A stretch of 64,000 nt of DNA from the human T2T-CHM13v2.0 reference genome, Homo sapiens: assembly GCA_009914755.4 (NCBI GenBank), contig CP086569.2, forward strand, positions 61,536,001-61,600,000, written 5' to 3'. The notes beneath the pieces are model-generated. The model saw only the letters and a program-made list of their open reading frames with translations. It searched no databases and had not been told where the DNA came from. Within the stretch, counting starts at the first letter, position 1, and the number at the start of each line of letters is the position of its first letter. Of this stretch, positions 42,511 to 56,300 are shown piece by piece. The position numbers were made by a program, and so were the translations under genes.

Positions 42511-45500
42511 TGAATGGAATGGAATGGAATGGAATGCCCTTGAATTAAATGGACTGGAATGGAATGGACTCGAACAGAGTGGAATGGAAAGTGTTGAGAT
42601 AGAATGGAATGGACTCCTTTGGAATGGTCTAGTATGCAATGCAATCGACTGGCAGGGAATCAAAAGGAATGTAATCGAATGGATTGGACTGGAATGCAAT
42701 GGACTCGAATAGATTGGAAACGGAATGCAAAGGAATGGAATGGAATAGTATGGAATGGAATGGAAAGGAATGGAGTGGAATAGACTAGAGTGGAATGGAA
42801 TGGACTGGAAAGCAATGGACTGGAATGGAACTTTCTTGAATGGACTGGAATCAAACGGAATGGAATGCAATGCAATCAAATGGCATGGAATAAAATAGAA
42901 TGAAAGAGAATCAAATGGAATTGAATCGAATGGAATCGAATGGATTGGAAAGGATTAGAATGGAATGGAATGGAATTGACTCAAATGGAATGGACTAGAA
43001 TGGAATGGATTCGAATGGAAGGCAAAGGAATGGAATCTATTGGAATGGACTGTAATGGAATGGAATGGAAGGGATTGGAATGGACTCGAATGGAATGGAC
43101 TGCAATAGAAAGGATTCGAATGGAATGAAAAAGAATTGAATGGAATAGAACAGAATGGAATCAAATCGAATGAAATGGAATGGAAGAGAAAGGAATGGAA
43201 TGAAATGGAATGGAAAGGATTCGAATGGAATGCAATCGAATGGAATGGAATCGAACGGAATGGAATAAAATGGAAGAAAACTGGCAAGAAATGGAATCGA
43301 AATGAACGGAGTGTTATGGAACGGACTCAAAAGGAATTGAATGTAATAGAATGGAGTGGAGTGGACTCGAATATAATGGACTGGAATGGAATGAAATCAC
43401 ATGGAATGGGAACGAATGGAATGGAATGGAAAGGAATGGAATCGAATGGAAAGGAATCGAATGGAAGGGAATGAAATTGAATCAACAGGAATGGAAGGGA
43501 ATAGAATAGACGGTAATGGAATGGACTCGAATAGAATGGACACGAATGCTCAAATTGAATGGACTCGAATGGAATGGAAACGAAAGGAATATCATCGAAT
43601 GGAATTGAATCGATTGGAATGAAATCGCATAGAATGGAGTGGAATCAAATGGAATTGAATCGAAAGGAAAGGAAGCGAATGGACTGAAATGAAATGGAAT
43701 GGAATTGAATGGAAGTAATGCAATGGAATAAAATGGAACGAAATTTCACGGAATGGAATCAAACTGAATGGAATCAAATCAATAGAATCAAATCAAATGG
43801 AATGGAAAGGAATTGAATGGAGTAGATTGGATTGGATGGGATTGGAATGAAATGTACTGGAAAGGACTCGAATTTCACGAAACGGAATGGAATGAATTGG
43901 AACGGAATGGACTCGAATGGAATGGAATGTCATGGAATGGCATCAAATGGAATGGCATCAAATGGAATGGAATCGAATGCAATGGAATGCTATGGAATGG
44001 AATGGAATGCATTGGAATGGAATGTCCTCTAATGGAATGGATTCGAGTGGAATGGAATCGAATATAATGGAGTCGAATGAAATGGAATTGAAAGGAATGG
44101 GATCGAATAGAATGGAATATACTGGAATGTAATGTAATGAACTCGAATGTAATTGACTGGAATGGAATGTACATGAATGGAATGTAATCGAATGGAAAGT
44201 AATCCAATGGAATAGAATCTAATGCAATAAAATCGACTCAGATAGAGTAGAATGTAATGGAATGGAGTGCAGTGCAATGGAATGGAATGGAATGGAATGC
44301 AATGGAATGGAATGGAATGGAATGGAATGGAATGGAATGGGATGGGATGGAATGGTATGGAATGGATAGTAATGGACTGGAGTGAAATGGACTGGAAAGG
44401 AATGGACTCAAATTGAAAGGGCTCGAAAGGAATGGAGTCAAATGGAATGGTCTGGAATGGAATGAACACGAATGTAATGCAATCCAATAGAATGGAATCG
44501 AATGGCATGGGATATAAAGAAATGGAATCGAAGAGAATGGAAACAAATGGAATGGAATTGAATGGAATGGAATTGAATGGAATGGGAACGAATGGAGTGA
44601 AATTGTATGCAGTAGAAGGGAATAGAATGGAATGCAAGCGAAAGGAAAGGAATGGATTGGAATAGAATGGAATTCATTGGAATGGAAGGGAATGTAGTTT
44701 AATGGACAGGCCTGGAATAAAGTGGAATGCTACGGTCTCGAATGGAATAAAAATGTATGGAATGGAATGCAATGAAACGGAATCGAATGTCATAGAATGT
44801 AATGGAATGCAAAAAAATGGAATCCAAAATCATTGACTGGAAAGGCTGGGTGTCGAAAGGAATTGACTCCAATGGAATGGAATCGAATGGAATGGAAGTG
44901 AATAGAATCGAACTAAATCGAATGGAATGGAATTGATAGGAACGGAATGGAAAGGAATGCAATGATTTGGCATGGAATGGAATCGAATGGCATCGAATGG
45001 AATGGAATGGAATGCAATGGAATGGAATGTATTAGAATGTAATGAACTTTAATGGAATGTACTCGAATGGATTCGACTGGAATGGAATGTTCTGGAAGTG
45101 AATGGACTCCAATGGAATGGATTCAAAAGGAATGGAATCGTACGGAATGGAATCTAATGGAATGGAATTAAATGGAAATGAATCAAATTGAATAGCACGG
45201 AATTGAATTGAATGGAATCGAATGCAATGGAATCAAATGAAACGGAAAGGAAAGGAATGGAATGGAATGGAATGGGCTGGAATGGAAAGGAATCGAAACG
45301 AATGGAATGGAATCGAACTGAAGAGACTGGAATGGAATGCACTGGAATGGAAGGGAGTGTAATGGAAGGTTCTCGAAAAAAATGGAATCGAATGGAATGG
45401 AATTGAATGGAACGGAATAGAGTCGAATGGAATTGAATGGAATGGAATGGACTAGAGTGAAATGGAATCGAACCACAAGGAATGGACAGGAATAGAATGG

Positions 45501-45625
45501 TCTCGAATTGAATGGAATCGTATGGAATGGCATCAAACGGAATGGAATGGACAGCCACGGAATGGAATGCACTCGAATGCAATGGAGTCGAAACTAATGG
45601 ACTGGAATAGAATGGACTCGACTGG
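42481..45625 (+). repeat. HOR unit 13, 5'-truncated; it begins at unit offset about 418 and lacks the tacggactcc anchor region
   Basis: From 42481 the sequence ggaattgaatggaatggaataatatgaaaatgaatgg continues collinear with unit offset about 418. The next anchor is at 45626, and the anchor-to-anchor distance 39129 to 45626 is 6497 bp, about 0.6 kb short of two units. Confidence 0.75.
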
Positions 45626-48600
45626 TACGGACTCCAATGGAATGGAATCGAATGGAAGGGAATCGAACGGAATGGCCTCGAAGGGAAAAGACTGCAATGG
45701 AAAGGTCTCGAATGGAATGGAAATTAATGGAATGGAATGGAATCGAATGAAATGGAGTCAAAAGGAATGGAATCGAATGGCAAGAAATCGAATGTAATGG
45801 AATCGCAAGGAATTGATGTGAACGGAACGGAATGGAATGGAATCCAAAGGAATGGAATAGAATGGAATGGAATCGAATGGAAAGGACTCGAATGGAAATC
45901 ACTCGAATAGAATGCAATTTAATAAAATAGGATCAAATGTAATGGAATGGAATGGAAAGGAATCGAAACGAAAGGAATGGAGACAGATGGAATGGAATGG
46001 AACAGAGAGCAATGGTATAGAATGGAATGGAATCATCTGGAATGGAATTGAATGGAATGGAATAATATGAAATGGAATGGAATGGAATGGAATGGAATGC
46101 CCTTGAATTAAATGGACTGCACTCGAACAGAGTGGAACGGAAAGTGTTGAGATAGAATGGAATGGACTCCTTTAGAATGGTCTAGTATGCAATGCAATCG
46201 ACTGGCAGGGAATCAAAAGGAATGTAATGGAATGGATTGGACTGGAATGCAATGGACTCGAATAGATTGGAAACGGAATGCAAAGGAATGGAATGGAATA
46301 GTATGGAATGGAATGGAAAGGAACGGAGTGGAATAGACTAGAGTGGAATGGAATGGACTGGAAAGCAATGGACTGGAATGGAACTTTCTTGAATGGACTG
46401 GAATCAAACGGAATGGAATGCAATGCAATCAAATGGCATGGAATAAAATAGAATGAAAGAGAATCAAATGGAATTGAATCGAATGGAATCGAATGGATTG
46501 GAAAGGAATAGAATGGAATGGAATGGAATTGACTCAAATGGAATGGACTAGAATGGAAAGGATTCGAATGGAAGGCAAAGGAATGGAATCTATTGGAATG
46601 GACTGTAATGGAATGGAATGGAAGGGATTGGAATGGACTCGAATGGAATGGACTGCAATAGAAAGGATGCGAATGGAATGAAAAAGAATTGAATGGAATA
46701 GAACAGAATGGAATCAAATCGAATGAAATGGAATGGAATAGAAAGGAATGGAATGAAATGGAATGGAAAGGATTCGAATGGAATGCAATCGAATGGAATG
46801 GAATCGAACGGAATGGAATAAAATGGAAGAAAACTGGCAAGAAATGGAATCGAAATGGATTATGGAACGGACTCAAAAGGAATTGAATGTAATAGAATGG
46901 AGTGGAGTGGACTCGAATATAATGGACTGGAATGGAATGAAATCACATGGAATGGGAACGAATGGAATGGAATGGAAAGGAATGGAATCGAATGGAAAGG
47001 AATCGAATGGAAGGGAATGAAATTGAATCAACAGGAATGGAAGGGAATAGAATAGACGGTAATGGAATGGACTCGAATAGAATGGACACGAATGCTCAAA
47101 TTGAATGGACTCGAATGGAATGGAAACGAAAGGAATGTCATCGAATGGAATTGAATCGATTGGAATGAAATCGCATAGAATGGAGTGGAATCAAATGGAA
47201 TTGAATCGAAAGGAAAGGAAGCGAATGGACTGAAATGAAATGGAATGGAATTGAATGGAAAGTAATGCAATGGAATAGAATGGAACGAAATTTCACGGAA
47301 TGGAATCAAACTGAATGGAATCAAATCAATGGAATCAAATCAAATGGAATGGAAAGGAATTGAATGGAGTAGATTGGATTGGATGGGATTGGAATGAAAT
47401 GTACTGGAAAGGACTCGAATTTCATGAAACGGAATGGAATGAATTGGAACGGAATGGACTCGAATGGAATGGAATGTCATGGAATGGCATCAAATGGAAT
47501 GGCATCAAATGGAATGGAATCGAATGCAATGGAATGCTATGGAATGGAATGGAATGCATTGGAATGGAATGTCCTCTAATGGAATGGATTCGAGTGGAAT
47601 GGAATCGAATATAATGGAGTCGAATGAAATGGAATTGAAAGGAATGGGATCGAATACAATGGAATATACTGGAATGTAATGTAATGAACTCGAATGTAAT
47701 TGACTGGAATGGAATGTACATGAATGGAATGTAATCGAATGGAAAGTAATCCAATGGAATAGAATCTAATGCAATAAAATCGACTCAGATAGAGTAGAAT
47801 GTAATGGAATGGAGTGCAGTGCAATGGAATGGAATGGAATGGAATGCAATGGAATGGAATGGAATGGAATGGAATGGAATGGAATGGGATGGGATGGAAT
47901 GGTATGGAATGGATAGTAATGGACTGGAGTGAAATGGACTGGAAAGGAATGGACTCAAATTGAAAGGGCTCGAAAGGAATGGAGTCAAATGGAATGGTCT
48001 GGAATGGAATGAACACGAATGTAATGCAATCCAATAGAATGGAATCGAATGGCATGGGATATAAAGAAATGGAATCGAAGAGAATGGAAACAAATGGAAT
48101 GGAATTGAATGGAATGGAATTGAATGGAATGGGAACGAATGGAGTGAAATTGTATGCAGTAGAAGAGAATAGAATGGAATGCAAGCGAAAGGAAAGGAAT
48201 GGATTGGAATGGAATGGAATTCATTGGAATGGAAGGGAATGTAGTGTAATGGACAGGCCTGGAATAAAGTGGAATGCTACGGTCTCGAATGGAATAAAAA
48301 TGTATGGAATGGAATGCAATGAAACGGAATCGAATGTCATAGAATGTAATGGAATGCAAAAAAATGGAATCCAAAATCATTGACTGGAAAGGCTGGGTGT
48401 CGAAAGGAATTGACTCCAATGGAATGGAATCGAATGGAATGGAAGTGAATAGAATCGAACTAAATCGAATGGAATGGAATTGATAGGAACGGAATGGAAA
48501 GGAATGCAATGATTTGGCATGGAATGGAATCGAATGGCATCGAATGGAATGGAATGGAATGCAATGGAATGGAATGTATTAGAATGTAATGAACTTTAAT

Positions 48601-49172
48601 GGAATGTACTCGAATGGATTCGACTGGAATGGAATGTTCTGGAAGTGAATGGACTCCAATGGAATGGATTCAAAAGGAATGGAATCGTACGGAATGGAAT
48701 CTAATGGAATGGAATTAAATGGTAATGAATCAAATTGAATAGCACGGAATTGAATTGAATGGAATGGAATGCAATGGAATCAAATGAAACGGAAAGGAAA
48801 GGAATGGAATGGAATGGAATGGGCTGGAATGGAAAGGAATCGAAACGAATGGAATGGAATCGAACTGAAGAGACTGGAATTGAATGCACTGGAATGGAAG
48901 GGAGTATAATGGAAGGTTCTCGAAAAAAATGGAATCGAATGGAATGGAATTGAATGGAACGGAATAGAGTCGAATGGAATTGAATGGAATGGAATGGACT
49001 AGAGTGAAATGGAATCGAACCACAAGGAATGGACAGGAATAGAATGGTCTCGAATTGAATGGAATCGTATGGAATGGCATCAAACGGAATGGAATGGACA
49101 GCCACGGAATGGAATGCACTCGAATGCAATGGAGTCGAAACTAATGGACTGGAATAGAATGGACTCGATTGG
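45626..49172 (+). repeat. HOR unit 14 (type X), 3547 bp
   Basis: Runs from anchor 45626 to anchor 49173. Its markers are an extra GGCC site at 45674–45677 (aatggcctcg), ggactgcactcgaacagagtggaacgg at about 46110, ctttagaatggtctagtatgc at about 46165 and ggatgcgaatgg at about 46668. Confidence 0.85.
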
Positions 49173-52100
49173 TACGGACTCCAATGGAATGGAATCGAAT
49201 GGAAGGGAATCGAACGGAATGGCCTCGAAGGGAAAAGACTGCAATGGAAAGGTCTCGAATGGAATGGAAATTAATGGAATGGAATGGAATCGAATGAAAT
49301 GGAGTCAAAAGGAATGGAATCGAATGGCAAGAAATCGAATGTAATGGAATCGCAAGGAATTGATGTGAACGGAACGGAATGGAATGGAATCCAAAGGAAT
49401 GGAATAGAATGGAATGGAATCGAATGGAAAGGACTCGAATGGAAATCACTCGAATAGAATGCAATTTAATAAAATAGGATCAAATGTAATGGAATGGAAT
49501 GGAAAGGAATCGAAACGAAAGGAATGGAGACAGATGGAATGGAATGGAACAGAGAGCAATGGTATAGAATGGAATGAAATCATCTGGAATGGAATTGAAT
49601 GGAATGGAATAATATGAAATGGAATGGAATGGAATGGAATGGAATGCCCTTGAATTAAATGGACTGGAATGGAATGGACTCGAACAGAGTGGAATAGAAA
49701 GTGTTGAGATAGAATGGAATGGACTCCTTTGGAATGGTCTAGTATGCAATGCAATCGACTGGCAGGGAATCAAAAGGAATGTAATCGAATGGATTGGACT
49801 GGAATGCAATGGACTCGAATAGATTGGAAACGGAATGCAAAGGAATGGAATGGAATAGTATGGAATGGAATGGAAAGGAACGGAGTGGAATAGACTAGAG
49901 TGGAATGGAATGGACTGGAAAGCAATGGACTGGAATGGAACTTTCTTGAATGGACTGGAATCAAACGGAATGGAATGCAATGCAATCAAATGGCATGGAA
50001 TAAAATAGAATGAAAGAGAATCAAATGGAATTGAATCGAATGGAATCGAATGGATTGGAAAGGAATAGAATGGAATGGAATGGAATTGACTCAAATGGAA
50101 TGGACTAGAATGGAATGGATTCGAATGGAAGGCAAAGGAATGGAATCTATTGGAATGGACTGTAATGGAATGGAATGGAAGGGATTGGAATGGACTCGAA
50201 TGGAATGGACTGCAGTAGAAAGGATTCGAATGGAATGAAAAAGAATTGAATGGAATAGAACAGAATGGAATCAAATCGAATGAAATGGAATGGAATAGAG
50301 AGGAATGGAATGAAATGGAATGGAAAGGATTCGAATGGAATGCAATCGAATGGAATGGAATCGAACGGAATGGAATAAAATGGAAGAAAACTGGCAAGAA
50401 ATGGAATCGAAATGAATGGAGTGTTATGGAACGGACTCAAAAGGAATTGAATGTAATAGAATGGAGTGGAGTGGACTCGAATATAATGGACTGGAATGGA
50501 ATGAAATCACATGGAATGGGAACGAATGGAATGGAATGGAAAGGAATGGAATCGAATGGAAAGGAATCGAATGGAAGGGAATGAAATTGAATCAACAGGA
50601 ATGGAAGGGAATAGAATAGACGGTAATGGAATGGACTCGAATAGAATGGACACGAATGCTCAAATTGAATGGACTCGAATGGAATGGAAACGAAAGGAAT
50701 GTCATCGAATGGAATTGAATCGATTGGAATGAAATCGCATAGAATGGAGTGGAATCAAATGGAATTGAATCGAAAGGAAAGGAAGCGAATGGACTGAAAT
50801 GAAATGGAATGGAATTGAATGGAAAGTAATGCAATGGAATAGAATGGAACGAAATTTCACGGAATGGAATCAAACTGAATGGAATCAAATCAATGGAATC
50901 AAATCAAATGGAATGGAAAGGAATTGAATGGAGTAGAGTGGATTGGATGGGATTGGAATGAAATGTACTGGAAAGGACTCGAATTTCATGAAACGGAATG
51001 GAATGAATTGGAACGGAATGCACTCGAATGGAATGGAATGTCATGGAATGGCATCAAATGGAATGGCATCAAATGGAATGGAATCGAATGCAATGGAATG
51101 CTATGGAATGGAATGGAATGCATTGGAATGGAATGTCCTCTAATGGAATGGATTCGAGTGGAATGGAATCGAATATAATGGAGTCGAATGAAATGGAATT
51201 GAAAGGAATGGGATCGAATACAATGGAATATACTGGAATGTAATGTAATGAACTCGAATGTAATTGACTGGAATGGAATGTACATGAATGGAATGTAATC
51301 GAATGGAAAGTAATCCAATGGAATAGAATCTAATGCAATAAAATCGACTCAGATAGAGTAGAATGTAATGGAATGGAGTGCAGTGCAATGGAATGGAATG
51401 GAATGGAATGCAATGGAATGGAATGGAATGGAATGGAATGGAATGGAATGGAATGGGATGGGATGGAATGGTATGGAATGGATAGTAATGGACTGGAGTG
51501 AAATGGACTGGAAAGGAATGGACTCAAATTGAAAGGGCTCGAAAGGAATGGAGTCAAATGGAATGGTCTGGAATGGAATGAACACGAATGTAATGCAATC
51601 CAATAGAATGGAATCGAATGGCATGGAATATAAAGAAATGGAATCGAAGAGAATGGAAACAAATGGAATGGAATTGAATGGAATGGAATTGAATGGAATG
51701 GGAACGAATGGAGTGAAATTGTATGCAGTAGAAGGGAATAGAATGGAATGCAAGCGAAAGGAAAGGAATGGATTGGAATGGAATGGAATTCATTGGAATG
51801 GAAGGGAATGTAGTTTAATGGACAGGCCTGGAATAAAGTGGAATGCTACGGTCTCGAATGGAATAAAAATGTATGGAATGGAATGCAATGAAACGGAATC
51901 GAATGTCATAGAATGTAATGGAATGCAAAAAAATGGAATCCAAAATCATTGACTGGAAAGGCTGGGTGTCGAAAGGAATTGACTCCAATGGAATGGAATC
52001 GAATGGAATGGAAGTGAATAGAATCGAACTAAATCGAATGGAATGGAATTGATAGGAACGGAATGGAAAGGAATGCAATGATTTGGCATGGAATGGAATC

Positions 52101-52741
52101 GAATGGCATCGAATGGAATGGAATGGAATGCAATGGAATGGAATGTATTAGAATGTAATGAACTTTAATGGAATGTACTCGAATGGATTCGACTGGAATG
52201 GAATGTTCTGGAAGTGAATGGACTCCAATGGAATGGATTCAAAAGGAATGGAATCGTACGGAATGGAATCTAATGGAATGGAATTAAATGGAAATGAATC
52301 AAATTGAATAGCACGGAATTGAATTGAATGGAATCGAATGCAATGGAATCAAATGAAACGGAAAGGAAAGGAATGGAATGGAATGGAATGGGCTGGAATG
52401 GAAAGGAATCGAAACGAATGGAATGGAATCGAACTGAAGAGACTGGAATGGAATGCACTGGAATGGAAGGGAGTGTAATGGAAGGTTCTCGAAAAAAATG
52501 GAATCGAATGGAATGGAATTGAATGGAATGGAATAGAGTCGAATGGAATTGAATGGAATGGAATGGACTAGAGTGAAATGGAATCGAACCACAAGGAATG
52601 GACAGGAATAGAATGGTCTCGAATTGAATGGAATCGTATGGAATGGCATCAAACGGAATGGAATGGACAGCCACGGAATGGAATGCACTCGAATGCAATG
52701 GAGTCGAAACTAATGGACTGGAATAGAATGGACTCGACTGG
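49173..52741 (+). repeat. HOR unit 15 (type D), 3569 bp
   Basis: Runs from the anchor at 49173 (in the variant context gattggtacgg) to the anchor at 52742. It has the extra GGCC at 49221–49224, and reads tggtctagtatgc with ggactggaatggaatggactcg at about 49670. Confidence 0.85.
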
Positions 52742-55700
52742 TACGGACTCCAATGGAATGGAATCGAATGGAAGGGAATCGAACGGAATGGCCTCGAAGG
52801 GAAAAGACTGCAATGGAAAGGTCTCGAATGGAATGGAAATTAATGGAATGGAATGGAATCGAATGAAATGGAGTCAAAAGGAATGGAATCGAATGGCAAG
52901 AAATCGAATGTAATGGAATCGCAAGGAATTGATGTGAACGGAACGGAATGGAATGGAATCCAAAGGAATGGAATAGAATGGAATGGAATCGAATGGAAAG
53001 GACTCGAATGGAAATCACTCGAATAGAATGCAATTTAATAAAATAGGATCAAATGTAATGGAATGGAATGGAAAGGAATCGAAACGAAAGGAATGGAGAC
53101 AGATGGAATGGAATGGAACAGAGAGCAATGGTATAGAATGGAATGGAATCATCTGGAATGGAATTGAATGGAATGGAATAATATGAAATGGAATGGAATG
53201 GAATGGAATGGAATGCCCTTGAATTAAATGGACTGCACTCGAACAGAGTGGAACGGAAAGTGTTGAGATAGAATGGAATGGACTCCTTTAGAATGGTCTA
53301 GTATGCAATGCAATCGACTGGCAGGGAATCAAAAGGAATGTAATGGAATGGATTGGACTGGAATGCAATGGACTCGAATAGATTGGAAACGGAATGCAAA
53401 GGAATGGAATGGAATAGTATGGAATGGAATGGAAAGGAACGGAGTGGAATAGACTAGAGTGGAATGGAATGGACTGGAAAGCAATGGACTGGAATGGAAC
53501 TTTCTTGAATGGACTGGAATCAAACGGAATGGAATGCAATGCAATCAAATGGCATGGAATAAAATAGAATGAAAGAGAATCAAATGGAATTGAATCGAAT
53601 GGAATCGAATGGATTGGAAAGGAATAGAATGGAATGGAATGGAATTGACTCAAATGGAATGGACTAGAATGGAATGGATTCGAATGGAAGGCAAAGGAAT
53701 GGAATCTATTGGAATGGACTGTAATGGAATGGAATGGAAGGGATTGGAATGGACTCGAATGGAATGGACTGCAATAGAAAGGATGCGAATGGAATGAAAA
53801 AGAATTGAATGGAATAGAACAGAATGGAATCAAATCGAATGAAATGGAATGGAATAGAAAGGAATGGAATGAAATGGAATGGAAAGGATTCGAATGGAAT
53901 GCAATCGAATGGAATGGAATCGAACGGAATGGAATAAAATGGAAGAAAACTGGCAAGAAATGGAATCGAAATGAATGGAGTGTTATGGAACGGACTCAAA
54001 AGGAATTGAATGTAATAGAATGGAGTGGAGTGGACTCGAATATAATGGACTGGAATGGAATGAAATCACATGGAATGGGAACGAATGGAATGGAATGGAA
54101 AGGAATGGAATCGAATGGAAAGGAATCGAATGGAAGGGAATGAAATTGAATCAACAGGAATGGAAGGGAATAGAATAGACGGTAATGGAATGGACTCGAA
54201 TAGAATGGACACGAATGCTCAAATTGAATGGACTCGAATGGAATGGAAACGAAAGGAATGTCATCGAATGGAATTGAATCGATTGGAATGAAATCGCATA
54301 GAATGGAGTGGAATCAAATGGAATTGAATCGAAAGGAAAGGAAGCGAATGGACTGAAATGAAATGGAATGGAATTGAATGGAAAGTAATGCAATGGAATA
54401 GAATGGAACGAAATTTCACGGAATGGAATCAAACTGAATGGAATCAAATCAATGGAATCAAATCAAATGGAATGGAAAGGAATTGAATGGAGTAGATTGG
54501 ATTGGATGGGATTGGAATGAAATGTACTGGAAAGGACTCGAATTTCATGAAACGGAATGGAATGAATTGGAACGGAATGGACTCGAATGGAATGGAATGT
54601 CATGGAATGGCATCAAATGGAATGGCATCAAATGGAATGGAATCGAATGCAATGGAATGCTATGGAATGGAATGGAATGCATTGGAATGGAATGTCCTCT
54701 AATGGAATGGATTCGAGTGGAATGGAATCGAATATAATGGAGTCGAATGAAATGGAATTGAAAGGAATGGGATTGAATACAATGGAATATACTGGAATGT
54801 AATGTAATGAACTCGAATGTAATTGACTGGAATGGAATGTACATGAATGGAATGTAATCGAATGGAAAGTAATCCAATGGAATAGAATCTAATGCAATAA
54901 AATCGACTCAGATAGAGTAGAATGTAATGGAATGGAGTGCAGTGCAATGGAATGGAATGGAATGGAATGCAATGGAATGGAATGGAATGGAATGGAATGG
55001 AATGGAATGGAATGGGATGGGATGGAATGGTATGGAATGGATAGTAATGGACTGGAGTGAAATGGACTGGAAAGGAATGGACTCAAATTGAAAGGGCTCG
55101 AAAGGAATGGAGTCAAATGGAATGGTCTGGAATGGAATGAACACGAATGTAATGCAATCCAATAGAATGGAGTCGAATGGCAGGGAATATAAAGAAATGG
55201 AATCGAAGAGAATGGAAACAAATGGAATGGAATTGAATGGAAAGGAATTGAATGGAATGGGAACGAATGGAGTGAAATTGTATGCAGTAGAAGAGAATAG
55301 AATGGAATGCAAGCGAAAGGAAAGGAATGGATTGGAATGGAATGGAATTCATTGGAATGGAAGGGAATGTAGTGTAATGGACAGGCCTGGAATAAAGTGG
55401 AATGCTACGGTCTCGAATGGAATAAAAATGTATGGAATGGAATGCAATGAAACGGAATGGAATGTCATAGAATGTAATGGAATGCAAAAAAATGGAATCC
55501 AAAATCATTGACTGGAAAGGCTGGGTGTCGAATGGAATTGACTCCAATGGAATGGAATCGAATGGAATGGAAGTGAATAGAATCAAACTAAATCGAATGG
55601 AATGGAATTGATAGGAACGGAATGGAAAGGAATGCAATGATTTTGCATGGAATGGAATCGAATGGCATCAAATGGAATGGAATGGAATGCAATGGAATGG

Positions 55701-56300
55701 AATGTATTAGAATGTAATGAACTTTAATGGAATATACTCGAATGGATTCGACTGGAATGGAATGTTCTGGAAGTGAATGGACTCCAATGGAATGGATTCA
55801 AAAGGAATGGAATCGTACGGAATGGAATCTAATGGAATGGAATTAAATGGAAATGAATCAAATTGAATAGCACGGAATTGAATTGAATGGAATGGAATGC
55901 AATGGAATCTAATGAAACGGAAAGGAAAGGAATGGAATGGAATGGAATGGGCTGGAATGGAAAGGAATCGAAACGAATGGAATGGAATCGAACTGAAGAG
56001 ACTGGAATGGAAAGCACTGGAATGGAAGGGAGTGTAATGGAAGGTTCTCGAAAAAAATGGAATCGAATGGAATGCAATTGAATGGAACGGAATAGAGTCG
56101 AATGCAATTGAAAGGAATGGAATGGACTAGAGTGAAATGGAATCGAACCACAAGGAATGGACAGGAATAGAATGGTCTCGAATTGAATGGAATCGTATGG
56201 AATGGCATCAAACGGAATGGAATGGACAGCCACGGAATGGAATGCACTCGAATGCAATGGAGTCGAAACTAATGGACTGGAATAGAATGGACTCGACTGG
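52742..56300 (+). repeat. HOR unit 16 (type X), 3559 bp
   Basis: Runs from anchor 52742 to anchor 56301. It has the extra GGCC at 52790–52793. It shares the unit-14 markers actgcactcgaacagagtggaacgg at about 53232 and ggatgcgaatgg at about 53784. Confidence 0.85.

Larger units (their letters stand above)
45626..52741 (+). repeat. Two-unit super-repeat copy 1 (X-D, 7116 bp)
   Basis: Unit-14 markers (actgcactc, ctttagaatggtctag, ggatgcgaatgg, HSHPF-type variant) recur in unit 16 at +7116 bp. The unit-15 marker tggtctagtatgc recurs in unit 17 at +7128 bp. Confidence 0.7.
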
